DNA of 52,781 nucleotides, the filler included, from Jimgerdemannia flammicorona (Eukaryota): assembly GCA_003990765.1 (NCBI GenBank). It is 2 parts of 2 records of this genome, joined end to end, with 100 filler letters (N's around TTAATTAATTAA, not from the genome) between each part and the next. Parts side by side here need not be neighbours in the genome. Positions count along the whole stretch, not along the records: positions 1 to 26,344 come from RBNJ01000734.1; 1 more part is not named here. The stretch is one strand, 5' to 3'. The notes below the pieces were generated by a model that was not told the origin of the DNA, searched no databases, and saw only the letters and a list, made by a program, of their open reading frames with translations. Made by a program: the position numbers and the translations under genes. Shown one piece after another: positions 1-13,100 of this stretch (its first letter is position 1; each line of letters begins with the position of its first letter).

Positions 1-126
1 AGTATTATTTAGTAGAGAAAATTTATAGACAGAGTGGGGGAAGTCCTCCTAGGAGGATTGGGTAGTGAGATGGGGTACTGTATTTATATTTGATAGACTA
101 ATAATAAATGGTAAAGTCCAAGAGAC

Positions 127-158
<32 letters not shown>
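1..158 (+). mobile_element. 3' end of L1-like LINE (family A) with poly(A) tail, running off the window start
   Basis: Ends AATAAATGGTAAAGTCCAAGAGACTATT + A28 (131-158). Bases 1-130 match 5163-5292 with 1 mismatch, and the terminal motif is shared with the LINE ends at 14400, 21860 and 28270. Confidence 0.9.
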
Positions 159-162
<4 letters not shown>

Positions 163-1440
163 AAGATTTTGTAAATATTGAAATCCTTGCAATTGTCAAA
201 ATCTTCTACAGATGTTGAAAAGATTCAATACTTGCAAAAAGTAACTCATAACTTAACTACCTTATAGCTAGAAAACTTGTATAAATATCCCCAATATCTA
301 AAGTGAATAAACCTCAGATTGAAAAAGTTCAAAGTAAAGTAAAAGTAAGAGAACTAGTATATATCTACAGACAGATATACTTTGAACTCACCTACTTCTG
401 TATCTTGAGGACTCTAAAGAGTCAAAGAAGATCAAGTTTTCAAGATACAGAAATCTGATATACTTATATAGTTATGCATCTTCTATATTACAATATACTG
501 AAAAAAGAAAATAACAGAGCTCAGATCAAAAGAAATCAGACTAAGAAATAAATAAAAAAATGACTCTTAAGATCTATAATCTAAAAAATGACATCTTAGC
601 TCTCATTAGATATAAAATCTATTAAAGATAGATAGAAGATATCATCAACTTTATAGAAGCTCTAAATCCTATGAAAAAAAAGAGAAATCAATTACCTTCA
701 AGATTCCTCTACTAGAGCCAGCTTAACCTTAGAGTCTGGAGACTTATATCTACTAGAGCCTCAGTCTAAGGATAATCTAAACTTAGTAAAGATATTGTCT
801 AGGATGTCTTACTATATCCCAAGACCAAATTTCCAATCAAAGCTTATCAAGAAGATATAGAATATAATTTTCATAATCTTAGAGATAAATCTATTAAGTC
901 TGAAAGAATAACAGTACTTAGTATACATAGAACTAGCTATATAGCAATCTAAAGAAACTTACATCCAATTGACCTTAAAGTCTAGACTTGCTAAATAAGG
1001 AATACTATAAAAAGAGGAATAATAAACTTTACTAAATCAAGATTATTCTGAATAATAATATATAGAATAAACCTAAATCTATAAAAAACAAAAGATTGCA
1101 CAAGCAATCTTCATAAAGGTCAAGACTCTCCAACTCAAGGTACAAGACAAACTGAAGAATTTGGAAGCTCAGATAAAAAAGAAGTACACCTTTACTAGAT
1201 TAACCACTTTAAGAAAAATATCTCTCAATAAGTATATATACTATCAACTAGTCAAGCTATATAAGAACCTTATCCTAAAACCAGAAAAGCAGACCATCTT
1301 TGAAATATTTACACCACCTGATCCTAGAAACCTCTCTTTGAATTCAATGAGGAAATCAAGAACCTAGATATAGAAAAATATATGTTTCTTGACAAGATGA
1401 ACTCTATGTACTCTTGAGTAACCAACTAAAGCTAGAAATC

Positions 1441-1804
1441 TAGTATTTCCAAATTAATTAAATCAATTTGAATCAAATTGAATTAAGAGTTATTTAAATT
1501 GAATTGAATTGGGGATTTTTCAATTTAAATCAAATTGAGGGTCCAATTCAAATTCTATTTTTTGAAATATAATAACTTGATAAAAACATATCTAACATTA
1601 ATGATCTTTAGCTTATTAAATTCCTCTTATATAGAGGAATCTAACAAGCTAATGATAATTAAATTTAGACATATTTTCATTGAGTTAGTACATTTCAAAA
1701 AATAGCATTTAAATTAAATCTCAAATTGAATTGGACCTTTGATTCAATCAAATCAAATCAAATTTGGGTCAAATTTGATTTAATTTAATTTATTGGAAGC
1801 ACTA
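1441..1804. mobile_element. Foldback MITE (hAT-like ends), copy 1, apparently inserted in degenerate retroelement DNA
   Basis: Long imperfect palindrome centred near 1630 (TTCCTCTTATATAGAGGAA). Ends are TAGTATTTCC...GGAAGCACTA. Homologous to 5919-6231. TSD unclear. Confidence 0.75.
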
Positions 1805-1959
1805 GCTAAGAAAGTCTCATTCTGCTAAAAAGAACTATTATAGACTATCTGGTGCTCTATCTCAATTAAATATATATAGAAGTTTATAAACTAAGTCTAT
1901 TGAAAAATAGTAGAAAGTCTCAGAAAAAAGAAAGACCTTTCTATAACTCAAGAGAAAGT

Positions 1960-3090
1960 AAAGCCTTCTATCAATATTAGAGAAGAATTAACACCTCAGC
2001 AATAGTAGCAACTAGTAGAACTCCTTTATAAATACCAGGATATCATTACTACAGACTATGGTAATCTATAATAATCCATTATACTACTATAGTATAAATA
2101 CAGAAAATACAACAACTATCTAACAAAAGTCTTATAGAATACTTTATTATCTAAAGATATTCAAAAAGGAATATATTTAGAAACTTTTAGATAATGAAGT
2201 TATCTGACTCTATATTAGCCTCTGGACTAGCTTTATACTTATTATACTAAAGAAAGAAGGATAGACTCTATATAGACTACAGAAAGCTCAATTCAGTTAT
2301 ACTATCAGACAATATTTTTCAGAGATAGAGAGTAGATATTATCAAACCCCTACTAGTTATACTAAGAAGAAATAAATATATATATCTTAGTATTTATAAA
2401 ACATCTGACTAAATGGTCTGAAGTTTTTTTAATAGAAATTGCTGATGCCTTAACCATTGTTAGCATTCTCTATAATCTTATACCCAGATAGAGACTTCTG
2501 AAAGAACTTATTTTTGATCAAGATATGAAATTCATCAATAATATAATTATAAGTTATATCCAAATTTATAAGATTTATCTCAAATAAACTATATTATATT
2601 ACTCTCAAACTAATGATATGATAGAATGAATGAACTAGATCATTAAGAAAGAACTTATCTAAGTTAATTCTATTAACTGAGATTTCTGCTTATCTGAGAT
2701 TCTATAGGAAATTCAGAACACTTTTATTATCTCTATCAAACAAAGCTATTTAAGATAATATTTACTAAGAAAATCAGAACTATAAATTATAAGAACCTCA
2801 GAGATCTCCTCAAAAAGACAGAATAATTATATAATCAAGCCTGAGCTCAGATAATTAAGGCTTAGAAAAAACAAAAGAAGTACTATGATCAGAAGCAAAA
2901 GAATTAAAAGATCAAGATTAGAGATTATGTACTAGTCTGGAGAAGTATAAAACAACTTTACTATTAGACTGAAGCTCAAATGGAAAGGATCTTATCTTAT
3001 ATAATATCAGAGAAATAAGTATCTATATAAGAAGTATAGATAGATATATCCTGAGAACTCTAGTATATATTAATTATCTCAAGATATATC
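1960..3090 (+). pseudogene. Heavily degenerate Ty3/gypsy pol remnant (RT N-terminus joined to integrase)
   Basis: Manual translation through many stops gives LLDNEVI...IDYRKLNS (RT start, ~2180-2300). It then gives VDIIKPL...HLTKW.EVF, KELI.DQ..KF and Y.QTN.MIE.MN (integrase core), and YYDQK...KI.DYVLV...KWKG.Y (GPY/F-like). AT-rich 160-1960 is probably the gag/PR part but is not readable. Confidence 0.75.
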
Positions 3091-4087
3091 TATCTCCTAT
3101 ATAATAATTCAGAGAATTGATCAGTGTCTTCAAGCTCTATTAATTATTCTATCTTAGTTTAGAGAAACTATTTACAACTACTTTCAATTAATTTAAGTTC
3201 ATCAAAAGAACCTCACTATAGCTCAGTAACTCCTAGAAATCTACTAGCTATAGGTATACTATACTATTGGAAAATAACTATAAGATCTCTCAATCTCTGA
3301 GTATACTTATACCATATATCTCATAGATCTTATCTAAAGAAATAGCATTATAGCAGACAGACTCTACACTCTCTATAAGTAAAATATAGAAGTATTAATC
3401 CAGACCCAATTTTGTCTTAGAGATATCCAAAAAAAAAAAAAAACTCTCTGCTACTTATCTAAGTATTATCTATTATATTGAGGAACTATTCTCTAAAAAA
3501 GAAGAGAAGCTCTTAGAATAGAGTAGCTCTGAAATCAAAGAAAATGATAAACAGAAGCTAATGCAGAAGATGCTTACTTATATTAGAATAATAACTAAAG
3601 GACAGTTTTATTTCTTTCTCTGCTACTATACTAGTCATAAGGTTGGTAAGCAATCTTCTAAGTTCTCTTTCTCCTACTATTATCTCCTCTATTTTGAATT
3701 GGTTTGCTGTATTTATAAGAGCATGGTGAGAGATGAGTTGTCTCTTTATAAGTATTGAATTAGTGTCTTCTCTACTTGTTCATAGTTTTTGATATCTCTG
3801 ACTATATTTAAGATATACTTATTTTAATATAGTATCTTCTTCCTTTTGCTATCAATAAGATATCATTTTGATATATCATAGGCTATATAGAGTATTGGCT
3901 GACCTTGAGTATCAAGTATCAATATAGGTTATCTATAGGTCCTCAATGTCTATAGTGGGGCTCTCTGAGCTTTGGTGAGCTTTCCAGTAAGTATAGTACT
4001 AGCATAGATAACGGTTTTTGGATAGAGTCAGGATGAGAGGAGAGATAATAATTACAGATAAGAGAAAGGGTAATAATAGTGAATCAG

Positions 4088-5288
4088 ATTTAGTATATTA
4101 TCTGAAATTTTCAGCCTGAGTAGTGAAGAGGCTATTGAAGCTAGCCAAAGATTGGATCTGGGCTGAGAGACAGAGTCAGATTAGCTGGGAAATTCTGTTA
4201 TTACTAGTGGATAGAGGAGGCCTTGGGCTGGTTGACTTTTCAAAGAGACTACATTGTCTGAGAGCTTAGTAGCTGAAGATAGTTATGGAACTGAGGGGTG
4301 GTAGCTGGGTTTCTCTGATAAGAAAGGTCTGGGAGATGAGGTTTTTACTAAAGGGCTCTACAGGAGATCTATTGTCTTTGGTTGGGCTTCAGAACAGTGA
4401 GTGCATACAGTATAAGGGCTTCTGGTGGAGAGTAGTTAATGGGGTGTACCATATTGATCTTTGCTAGCAGGAGACTAAGAGAGAGATACTATGGAATCTG
4501 ACAATATAGAGATGAGATTGAGTATTGTTGGGAGGTACTCTACTGATTGACTTCAATATTAGTAATGGGGTAGAGTACCAGAGAGAGTTAGGACAGTATA
4601 TATGGCCTAGTGGCTGGTAGATGGCCAGTATTAGAAAGGGGTAGGACTGGAATAGAGTTTGGGCTTAGAGTGTTGAGATATAGTAATAGCTACTATCTAA
4701 GTTCTGAGTAGTTTGATAGCACTTACTGAGAAGGAATATCATGCTTAACTTTTGTTCAGGTTATTTTATAGAGGGTGGATACTTTGATTGTAAGGAGTAT
4801 TATAATATAGAACAGAAAGAGGGGTTTGTGCAGATACCAGAATATTAGCTGAGAGAGTGTGAGATTCTTAGAGACTTTTGGTTAATAGTTGGGAATAGAT
4901 TGAATGTTGTAAGGAGGGGGGATGATGATAGAAGTTGATGGGAGAATTTGAGAGATAGATTGGTAGGGAGGATTAGAAATGAGTGACTCACTATTGGTTA
5001 GGTTTCAGATATATAAGTGGGATTGGCTAGACACTGGCTTTTTGTTTTTGAGAAAGAGAGGCAATTGGGTTTGAGAGAGTAGCTGACAAGATAGGAAGGG
5101 TTGATGGTAGATATCTTGATGAGTTAGTGACTAGCTAGGATGGGGTCTGCAAAGAGGTTATTAGTATTATTTAGTAGAGAAAATTTATAGACAGAGTGGG
5201 GGAAGTCCTCCTAGGAGGATTGGGTAGTGAGATGGGGTACTGTATTTATATTTGATAGACTAATAATAAATGGTAAAGTTCAAGAGAC

Positions 5289-5356
<68 letters not shown>
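4088..5356 (+). mobile_element. 5'-truncated, degenerate family-A LINE with poly(A)
   Basis: Aligns by eye to the ORF2 3' part at 13165-14415 (WIWAERQSQISWE, YKGFWWRVV, VQ.PE..L.EC). A64 tail at 5293-5356. Possible 7-bp TSD GAATCAG at 4081-4087 / 5357-5363. Confidence 0.88.
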
Positions 5357-5358
<2 letters not shown>

Positions 5359-5918
5359 ATCAGTCAGATATCAGACTAAAGATTGTCATCAGGGCTGGAG
5401 CAAGTACTGTATTGATAGAATCTTCAGATTGGTATAGAGTAGTTAGATAGTAGATATTACTCTCTACTACTTTTGACAATATATAGGATTAGACTCTAAT
5501 TATTAAGGGTGGTCAGAGGGTCTGAAACTATCCAGATCAGATGTCTTAGTTATACTTAATACTGAAAGCTAATATAACAACATGATTGAGGCCTATAGGC
5601 TTAAGTAGTAGGGTATTGGAAGTCTTTTTATATCTTATATATAAGTCTTTTACTCACTTTATTGAGGAGAACCAGTCCTATCTATCATTCTATACTTTGA
5701 GGGAGATTTTTCTTTATCTGTTACTCTACTTGAAGTAGTGGGGGCTATGCAAATTAGCTCAGATATAGTCTTATATATATATATTGGAGTTTCAGGTATA
5801 CATCTTTGGTTATAGATATATAGTTGCTTACTCTTTGATAATAGGAAGAGTATAGTATGCAGAATGAGATATAAGTAACTTAAGCCCTACTATATCTAGT
5901 ATAGTTGAGCTACTGGAC

Positions 5919-6231
5919 TAGTGCTCTCAATGAATCAAATCAAATCAAAGATTCAATTTGATTTAAGATTTGATTTGAACTCTATTTTTCAAAATATAAT
6001 AACTCAACAAAAATATATCCAACTTTAATAATCTTTAGCTTATTAGATTTCTCTATATAAGAAGAATCTAATAAGCTAAAGATCATTAATTTTGGACATA
6101 TTTTCATTGAGTTATTATATTTTGAAAAATAGGGTTTGAATTGGACTCTCAATTTAATTTGAATTTGATTTAATTCAAATGACCCTTAATTTGATTTGAT
6201 TCAAATTGATTCAATTTATTTAGAAGCACTA
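5919..6231. mobile_element. Foldback MITE (hAT-like), copy 2
   Basis: Ends TAGTGCT...AGCACTA, flanked by an 8-bp near-duplication TACTGGAC (5911-5918) / TGCTGGAC (6232-6239). Internally palindromic around ~6055. An 8-bp TSD with (C/T)AG ends is typical of hAT. Confidence 0.82.
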
Positions 6232-6595
6232 TGCTGGACAATAACTAGCCTAGATTTATAAGAGTATAGTGCTTAGGGAGTAGTGGGAGAGAGTTTTGGC
6301 CTATATAGTCTAGATTACCTTTTAATAAAATCTGTAGAACTTTGAGTCTGTAAAATAAAAAAAAGTAAAAATAAAAATTAAAGGATAGCCTGGGACAGAC
6401 TATTCTTTAGTAGAGGCTAATGTAATAAGCTAGTAGAAAAATATACCAAATTAGTTACTATAATTTAGCTATATATTATATTAAGTATACTAGGTAATTA
6501 GAACTACTCTACTATGAGATTTACTAAAGCTAAGACTACTATATAATAAATTTATTATATGAAAAAATACTTATACAATCTTTCCTAAAAGGGTA

Positions 6596-7125
6596 ACTGA
6601 TACAATATACTATATATAATATACAATCAATAGAATTACCATGAACTGATATAACATACTACTAATGGAATTATCACAAACTGGTATAATATTTTACTAA
6701 TGAAATTACTATAGACGATATAATATACTATATAGAATTACCCAGACTGATACAATATACTACTAATGATAGTGGTAACTTGAATGAGTTGAGAGAGTGT
6801 GATGACCTGTGAAGAGAGAGAGGATATTTAACTTAGTGACAAAATGAGATTATATAATATAAGATGAATTACTGATTATTATTCATTGAGTACTTTATTA
6901 TTATTATTATTATTATTTATTATTCTCACAATCATATTAGGAATTATTATAGACAGATATAATATACTACTAATGGAATTACCATAAACTGATAAAATAC
7001 TCTACTAACAGAATTACTATGAACTGGTACAATATACTACTAATAGAATTATTATAGACTGATATAATATAATACTAATGAAATTATTATAAACTAGTAT
7101 AATATACTACTAACAGAGTTACTAC
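6596..7125. repeat. Subterminal 35-bp tandem repeat of the MULE, two blocks (~6596-6770, ~6941-7125)
   Basis: Unit ~CTGATATAATATACTACTAATGGAATTACCATAGA, ~5 degenerate copies per block. Confidence 0.85.
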
Positions 7126-8229
7126 AATAATACCTGAAGAGAAATATGCTTATCTATTCAATATCTAGATCTTTCTTTTATATACTTAACTAATTGTACT
7201 TTAAGAATTGGTATGAAAAAATCTTCTATTCATCTCTATTAAAAAGTTATCTAGAGCTCTATTGCATTCAAACATTTGAAATAAGTGGTCACTATTCCTT
7301 ATTGAATTTTTCTATTAAAAGTTTGAATAATTTATAAGTATTAAGTAGAGAAAAACAAACCCTTGTGACACTGAGTGATATTTCACAAAAATTAAGATTA
7401 CATATATAATGATAGCTCAAAAGATCTAAGTTGAATTGTATGCTAATTCTCCTGACCATACTCATATCTTGGAGAATAGTGATAGACTAAAGTATTTACA
7501 GATAATTATAACATTGACTGAACAAGAGACCTCTAAGTCCTATATATTACTTACTATTATTACCACTATCAAAAAGCTGGTAAAAATCTTAGTATTTTCT
7601 CTAGTATAAGAAATATTGTTATAAAGGATATTGCTAACATCAAGCAAGAGTCTGTGGATCAGAAATCATAAGCCTTATTGGTGAGTCTGACCTCAAAAAT
7701 GATATTCAAGCTTTTGAGAAATTTCTTTTGATAAGAGAATATCAGATTGATCATTTCTCAATTATATAGTACTTCTCAGAAGACTTTTGCTTTATAGACC
7801 CTTAATAGTTACAGAAGCTCAACAATATGACTGGTTAACTTTTATTGATTCTACTTATAATATCAATAAGTATAGATGGTATATCTTTATTATAATAGTT
7901 ATAATTATTGAAATGTTGATATATATATACTTCTTCTTAAGTAGTAAGAACAGTAATACTGTGGTAGTAACATTGATGACAGTTTGATGATTTAATCCTC
8001 AATAGAAGTCTTGATATATACTTGCTAACCAGAGTAGCATTAATAGGCCATCTTTCTCCAGTAACATTCAGGTTACACAATCTTTTGACAACACTTTTGA
8101 TGCAGTTTCTGGAGACAAGCTACTAGTATTATAGCAACCAATGAGTATCCTGAGGTACATACTGTGCAGGGTGGCCCTGGAGCATTTGAATGGCAGTAAG
8201 TAGGGAGAGGCCTGGGCTTGGGGGGAAGT

Positions 8230-10163
8230 ATGAGGGGCCTGCTGGTGGGAGGATGCAGTGGAAGAGGGGGTGGAGCTGGAGGTCAAGGGTCTGGTAGAGC
8301 GAGCTTTGCAGAGAAGGTGAAGGGGGGTCAGCAGGGAGCTGGACTGGAGAGCTGGCTGAGAGGGGGGAGGGTGCCAGTGAGGGCTACAAGGCAGCAACCT
8401 CTTGGGGGTGCCTCTCTGGAGGGCCATAGGGGTGGAGCTGGGGGGGTAGTGGCTGAGGCAGGGACTGCTGATGGGGGTGTGATGGGTGATCTGGAAAAAA
8501 ATCTAGATGGGACTGCTGATGGTGAGCTGAGCAGTAGAAAGAGCATGAGGCCCAGGGACCTGGTGGATGGTGTAATGGGACTGGTGGTGGCTCTGTTACT
8601 CAAGAAGTCGATCTCGGAATTTGTGGTCACAATGTGTTTCCAGGGCTTGGCGGTGACAGCAAAAATGGTTCTGGGGCTGATCACGAAGCAGATGAGTAGT
8701 GTGGTATCTGTTAAGTTCCTGAAGGGCCTAGAAGGAGTGGAGGTGGGATTTGAGGAGGCTGGGCCACTGGAGGAGGCTTTGAAGGCTGGGATGAAAGTGG
8801 GTAAGGTGTGCATACTAATGGTGAGATACCTGAGGTGGGACCTGAGAGTAGTGCAGCTTCTGGTGAAAGGAGTTCCCATGGTTACTGCTGTAGAGATAAG
8901 AAAGAGAGTCAAGGAGATCATGGCAGAGTATGGGGAGGTGGTTGATATTGGGTTCAGAGTGTGGAAAGGAACCTCCCTCTGGACAGGGGATGTTGATATC
9001 AGGATTCGGTTGGCTGGGCAGGAGGCTACTGGGAAGGCTCAGGACTGGCCCTCAGTGATGGTGTGGGGGGCTTTCTTGTGCAAGGTGACGAGAGTAAAGG
9101 GGAGCGAGGAGGAGGAGGAGGATTTTCTGGAAGCACTGGAGGAGTTGAGTGGAGTGGTGGAGAGGAGGGCAAAGGCATGGAAGGTATTCGAGGAGGCAAT
9201 GCATCTTGAGGTGTTGGTGGGAAGTGAGTCTGCATCAGCAAGGTGGTGTGGGAGAGGTCTCAAGAGCACAGAAGGCAGAGGGAATTGTTGACAAAAATGG
9301 GGGTGGAGGTGATGAGGAAGGCAAGTGATAGTGCAACCACTGAAGGTGCTGAGGCGAGTGTCTGGGCTGCTGGTAGTGGAAGGAATGAGGAGGGGGGGCA
9401 GGTGGAGGCTGAGAAGGTGCCAAGCAAGAATCTGTATGAAGATAGCACACTTGAGGTTTGGGAGGAAACCTAGGAGAATTCACCTTCACCCTCCCCCCTT
9501 ATCAGAAGGGGTCCAGCAGCAAGAGGTAGGGTAGTGGAGGATGTACCAATGTGCAGTGCTCAGCAGTTGTGCTTTGGAGTCCCAAATGTAGAGAAGGGGG
9601 GATTGGTAGAGGCGACTGGGGAAGAGGAATTGGTGGATGTCCTAGAGGAGAGATGGAATGAGTCAGCAAGTGTAGGGGCTGATACTATGATGTTGGATGG
9701 AGGGAGGCCAGTGACCCCTAGAGGGAAGGAGGTGGGAAACTTACTCTGGGTGTGCCGGATGATGAACAACTTGGCAGCAGAAGAGCTGGGGGAAGTTGAC
9801 TTCCGAGTGATGAGTGATGAGCATTGGGCAAGGATCCTGCAGGGTGATGGAGTGGTGGCAGCATTGAAGGCAGAAATTCTGGCAGTATACTTGAAGGAGG
9901 AGGGGTATGAGGTAGATAAGGAGAGGGAAGCTGCTCTGGCAGTTGTGGCAGGTGAGCAGGCTGCCCACTGTTGGACTAAGTGGCATAGACTGCAGCTCTG
10001 GCAAGAGGCTTGCTTGGAGTACTGCATGGAGTTTGAGGAGAAGGAGGATGGGGAGATGGCTGAGATCCTGGCTGAATTAGAGGCTAAGAGGGCCGAGGAA
10101 GCAGAAGATATTGCTGAGTGCAACCTGGATAGGGCACAGGAGGAAGTGGACATGGAGCAGTAG
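8230..10163 (+). pseudogene. LINE ORF1 (Gly-rich N-terminus, putative RRM-like region, acidic C-terminus), disrupted
   Basis: ORF pieces 8218-9291, 9243-9473 and 9534-10163 are homologous to 32029-33800 (-) and 25433-26344 (+). Position is upstream of the APE ORF. Confidence 0.8.
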
Positions 10164-10194
10164 AGGACTCATCTGAAACTATATAATTTCCCTT

Positions 10195-13100
10195 ATGAAT
10201 AGTACAACCAACATTTTTTCTTTGAACGTGAATGGGTTATGGGGTGCTTATTGATGTAAGAACATTTTTACTTGGCTGAAGGGATTGGAGGCCAATCTCT
10301 TCCTCTTGCAGGATATCAGGTGTGAGGATGACTTGGATAGACTGGAATGGACAAAGGAGTGGGGAGGTGAGGTAGTCTGGAAGGGCAAGGTTGGAATTCT
10401 GGTGTGGAAAGGCAGAGGGAAGATGCAGGATATACAGAGCTGGGGAGATAGATTGGTCTGGGGAGAGTGGATTCACACAGGTTGGGATCCAGTCATGGTG
10501 GGCTCCTGTTACTGCCCTGTGGTATGGGGTGAGCAGGTGAATTGGGTAACAGACCTACAGGAGAGTGGAATTCTTGCAGAGGTTGGGGTGGATGTGCTCG
10601 GTGGGGACTTCAATATGGTCCAAGACATATTGAGGGATAGAACTGATGGAGGAAGAGGAGCTGTGGGTCAGAGTGGAGGACTGGCGGCATGGGAGGAAGT
10701 GGAAAGACTGAGTGCTCTGGTGGATGTGGGTAGGGAATGTTGGGGGAATAGGAGGGTGTACACATACTGGGCCAGGGGCCTGGGGATGAGGATTGATTGG
10801 ATTCTGACAGCCAGCTGCTGGGGCTTGGATGTTTGGAAGTTGCTGGAGGTAGAATGGTGCCCTTGGTCAGATCATTGGGGGCTTTTAGGGCAGGGACATT
10901 TTGGGGGGAGTGGGGATGGGTCTGGACATTGGTGTCTCAATTCCTCCTTACTGAATGATAAGATCCAGTGGGATAAATGGGCTGAAGTCATTCAACTGCA
11001 GGTGGAGTGCTGGAGGCAGGAAGGTGTCCCAGTTGATATTCGGTAGATGAGAATGAAGGAGATGGCCAGGACCTTCTGGAGTGAGGCTGGTATGGAGGCT
11101 GGGAGACAGAGGAGGAGGAGGGTGCGGTGGGCATCTAGTAGACTATTCAGAGTTATGAATATAGTTCAAACTGCGGCAAAGTCCCTGAGGTGGGAGGAGC
11201 CTAGAACAGTCTGTTTCAGTATATATAGTGTAGTTTCAGCCGGGGCTTCAGCCCATTTCAGTTTACCCCAACCGTAGTATACTTAGTTAGTACAATTTGG
11301 GGGCGCCTTTATTCACTGCAGGGCAGTGCACCCCACCCCCCCCCTCATCGTCTAGCCGAACAATAGGCTGAACAACAGCATTAGTCTCTAGTAGTAGCTT
11401 TCAAGCTGTTTTCGCGCACCCCTCCCTCCCATCCATAGTGAAATATGAATAAAGGTTGGCCTTCTTCACCGTAGGCGAGGGCGGGCCTGGGAAGCGCGTG
11501 CTTTACCCAGCCAAACCCAACATTCACTTGGTTGCTCGTTTTGATGTCCCCTTCTCCTTCCCTTCCATTTCATTCCTCTCACTCGATCAGTGCAATCTTC
11601 CCTTTTTTTTGGCAGTACCCAATTTTGGCGCGCCCGGGGACATTGCTAGACTCTTGGAGGACTGAGCAAGACTGGCAACATTGGAGGGAGAGGAGGACTG
11701 GTGATTGATAAGGTTAAGAATGGAGGTGGCTGAACTACAACAGGTGCTGTAGAATGAGGAAGAGGCAAGGGTCCAGGGTCTGGCAGTGCAGCTTCATTGG
11801 CAGGGGCTGGAGGAAGGAGAGCAGTCCTCAAAGTTTCTTATAAGAACCCTTCAGGTGAGAAGGGTGTAGCAAAGGTGGGAGGGGGTGCTTAATGCTGATG
11901 GTATATTAGTGCATAGGGTACAAGACATTCTTAGATTGTTAAAGAAGCATTGGAGTGGATTGTGGAGTGAGGAGGAGGGTGGGGCAGATGCTGAGGACAT
12001 TGATCAAGCATTGGAGGATTGGCACCCTACCCGAGCAAATGGGTTGGGTAACTTGGTACTGCCAGTGCTAGAGGAGGAGATCCACCAGGTTCTTGCTGCG
12101 ACAACCTTGGGTATAGCACCTGGGGAGGATGGTCTGCCCTGGGACTTCTGGAAAAGGATGGTGGGAGTCTCTGGAGTACTGGGAGAGATGACAGCACTGT
12201 GTGATTGGATTCTACAGATGGGGAGATGGGTGGGAGAACAGGATCTAGGGCTGGTAACATTGCTTTATAAGAACAAAGGAAGCCAAGAGGACTGGAAGAA
12301 CTGGAGGCCAATTATGCTACTGGATATAGACAGAAAGTTGGTTACCAAAGTAGTGGTTGCAAGGTTGCAAAAGGTGGCCCAGCAAGTCTTGGGTGAGGAG
12401 CAGCGGGGCTTTGTGAGAGGCCAGCTCATCAGGGATGGCACAGCATGGGTGTATGGCATTATTGAAGGGGCATGAGCCAGTGGACTGGATGGACATCTGG
12501 TCTTTTTGGACTAAGAGAAGGCTTATGACCAAGTGCGATGGGTCTGGCTGGCAAAAGTTTTGGATAGGATTGGGGTCCCATAACAGTTCAGGGCAGCCAT
12601 GGTCAGCCTGTTGGAAGGAAGTAGGATGGTACTCCTGTATAATGGACATAGAGGGGTAGCATTTCCCCTGGGTAGGGGGGTGCCCCAGGGGGACCTGCTG
12701 TCTCCCATTTTGTATGCTTTGTCTCTAGAACTCTTCATGGACAGAATCAGGCAGAAGATCATGGGGCTCTCTATCTTTGGCATTGAGTGGAAAGTAGGGG
12801 CATTTGCAGATGACATGGTAGTTGGTCTGGGATCAATTACAGATGTGGAGAAGCTCAAGGAAACAGTGGAGTGGTATGAGGCGAACTCTGGGGCTAGGCT
12901 TAATTGGCATAAGTGTGAAATAATGGTGTTAGGTAATGGTCTGGTGGACAGGGAGATTATTGGTACAATTGTCCCTGCTGGTGAGGCAGTGAGATACTTG
13001 GGTATTTATCTGTCAGTATATGGGTCAGTTCTGCCCAGACTTTGGTGGGAGCAGTGGGTTGGTATTTGGGAGGAGGCCCTGCGGAGTTGGGGGGGCCGCC

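Noticed and set aside
3400..6500. Identity of the degenerate DNA at 3400-4080 and 5357-6500
   Set aside because: Probably eroded TE, but no diagnostic motif could be read, so it was left unannotated.
6596..7125. 35-bp repeats (also 20615-20870) as a CRISPR array
   Set aside because: The units are directly tandem with no unique spacers. There are no cas genes, the context is eukaryotic, and they are MULE subterminal repeats.
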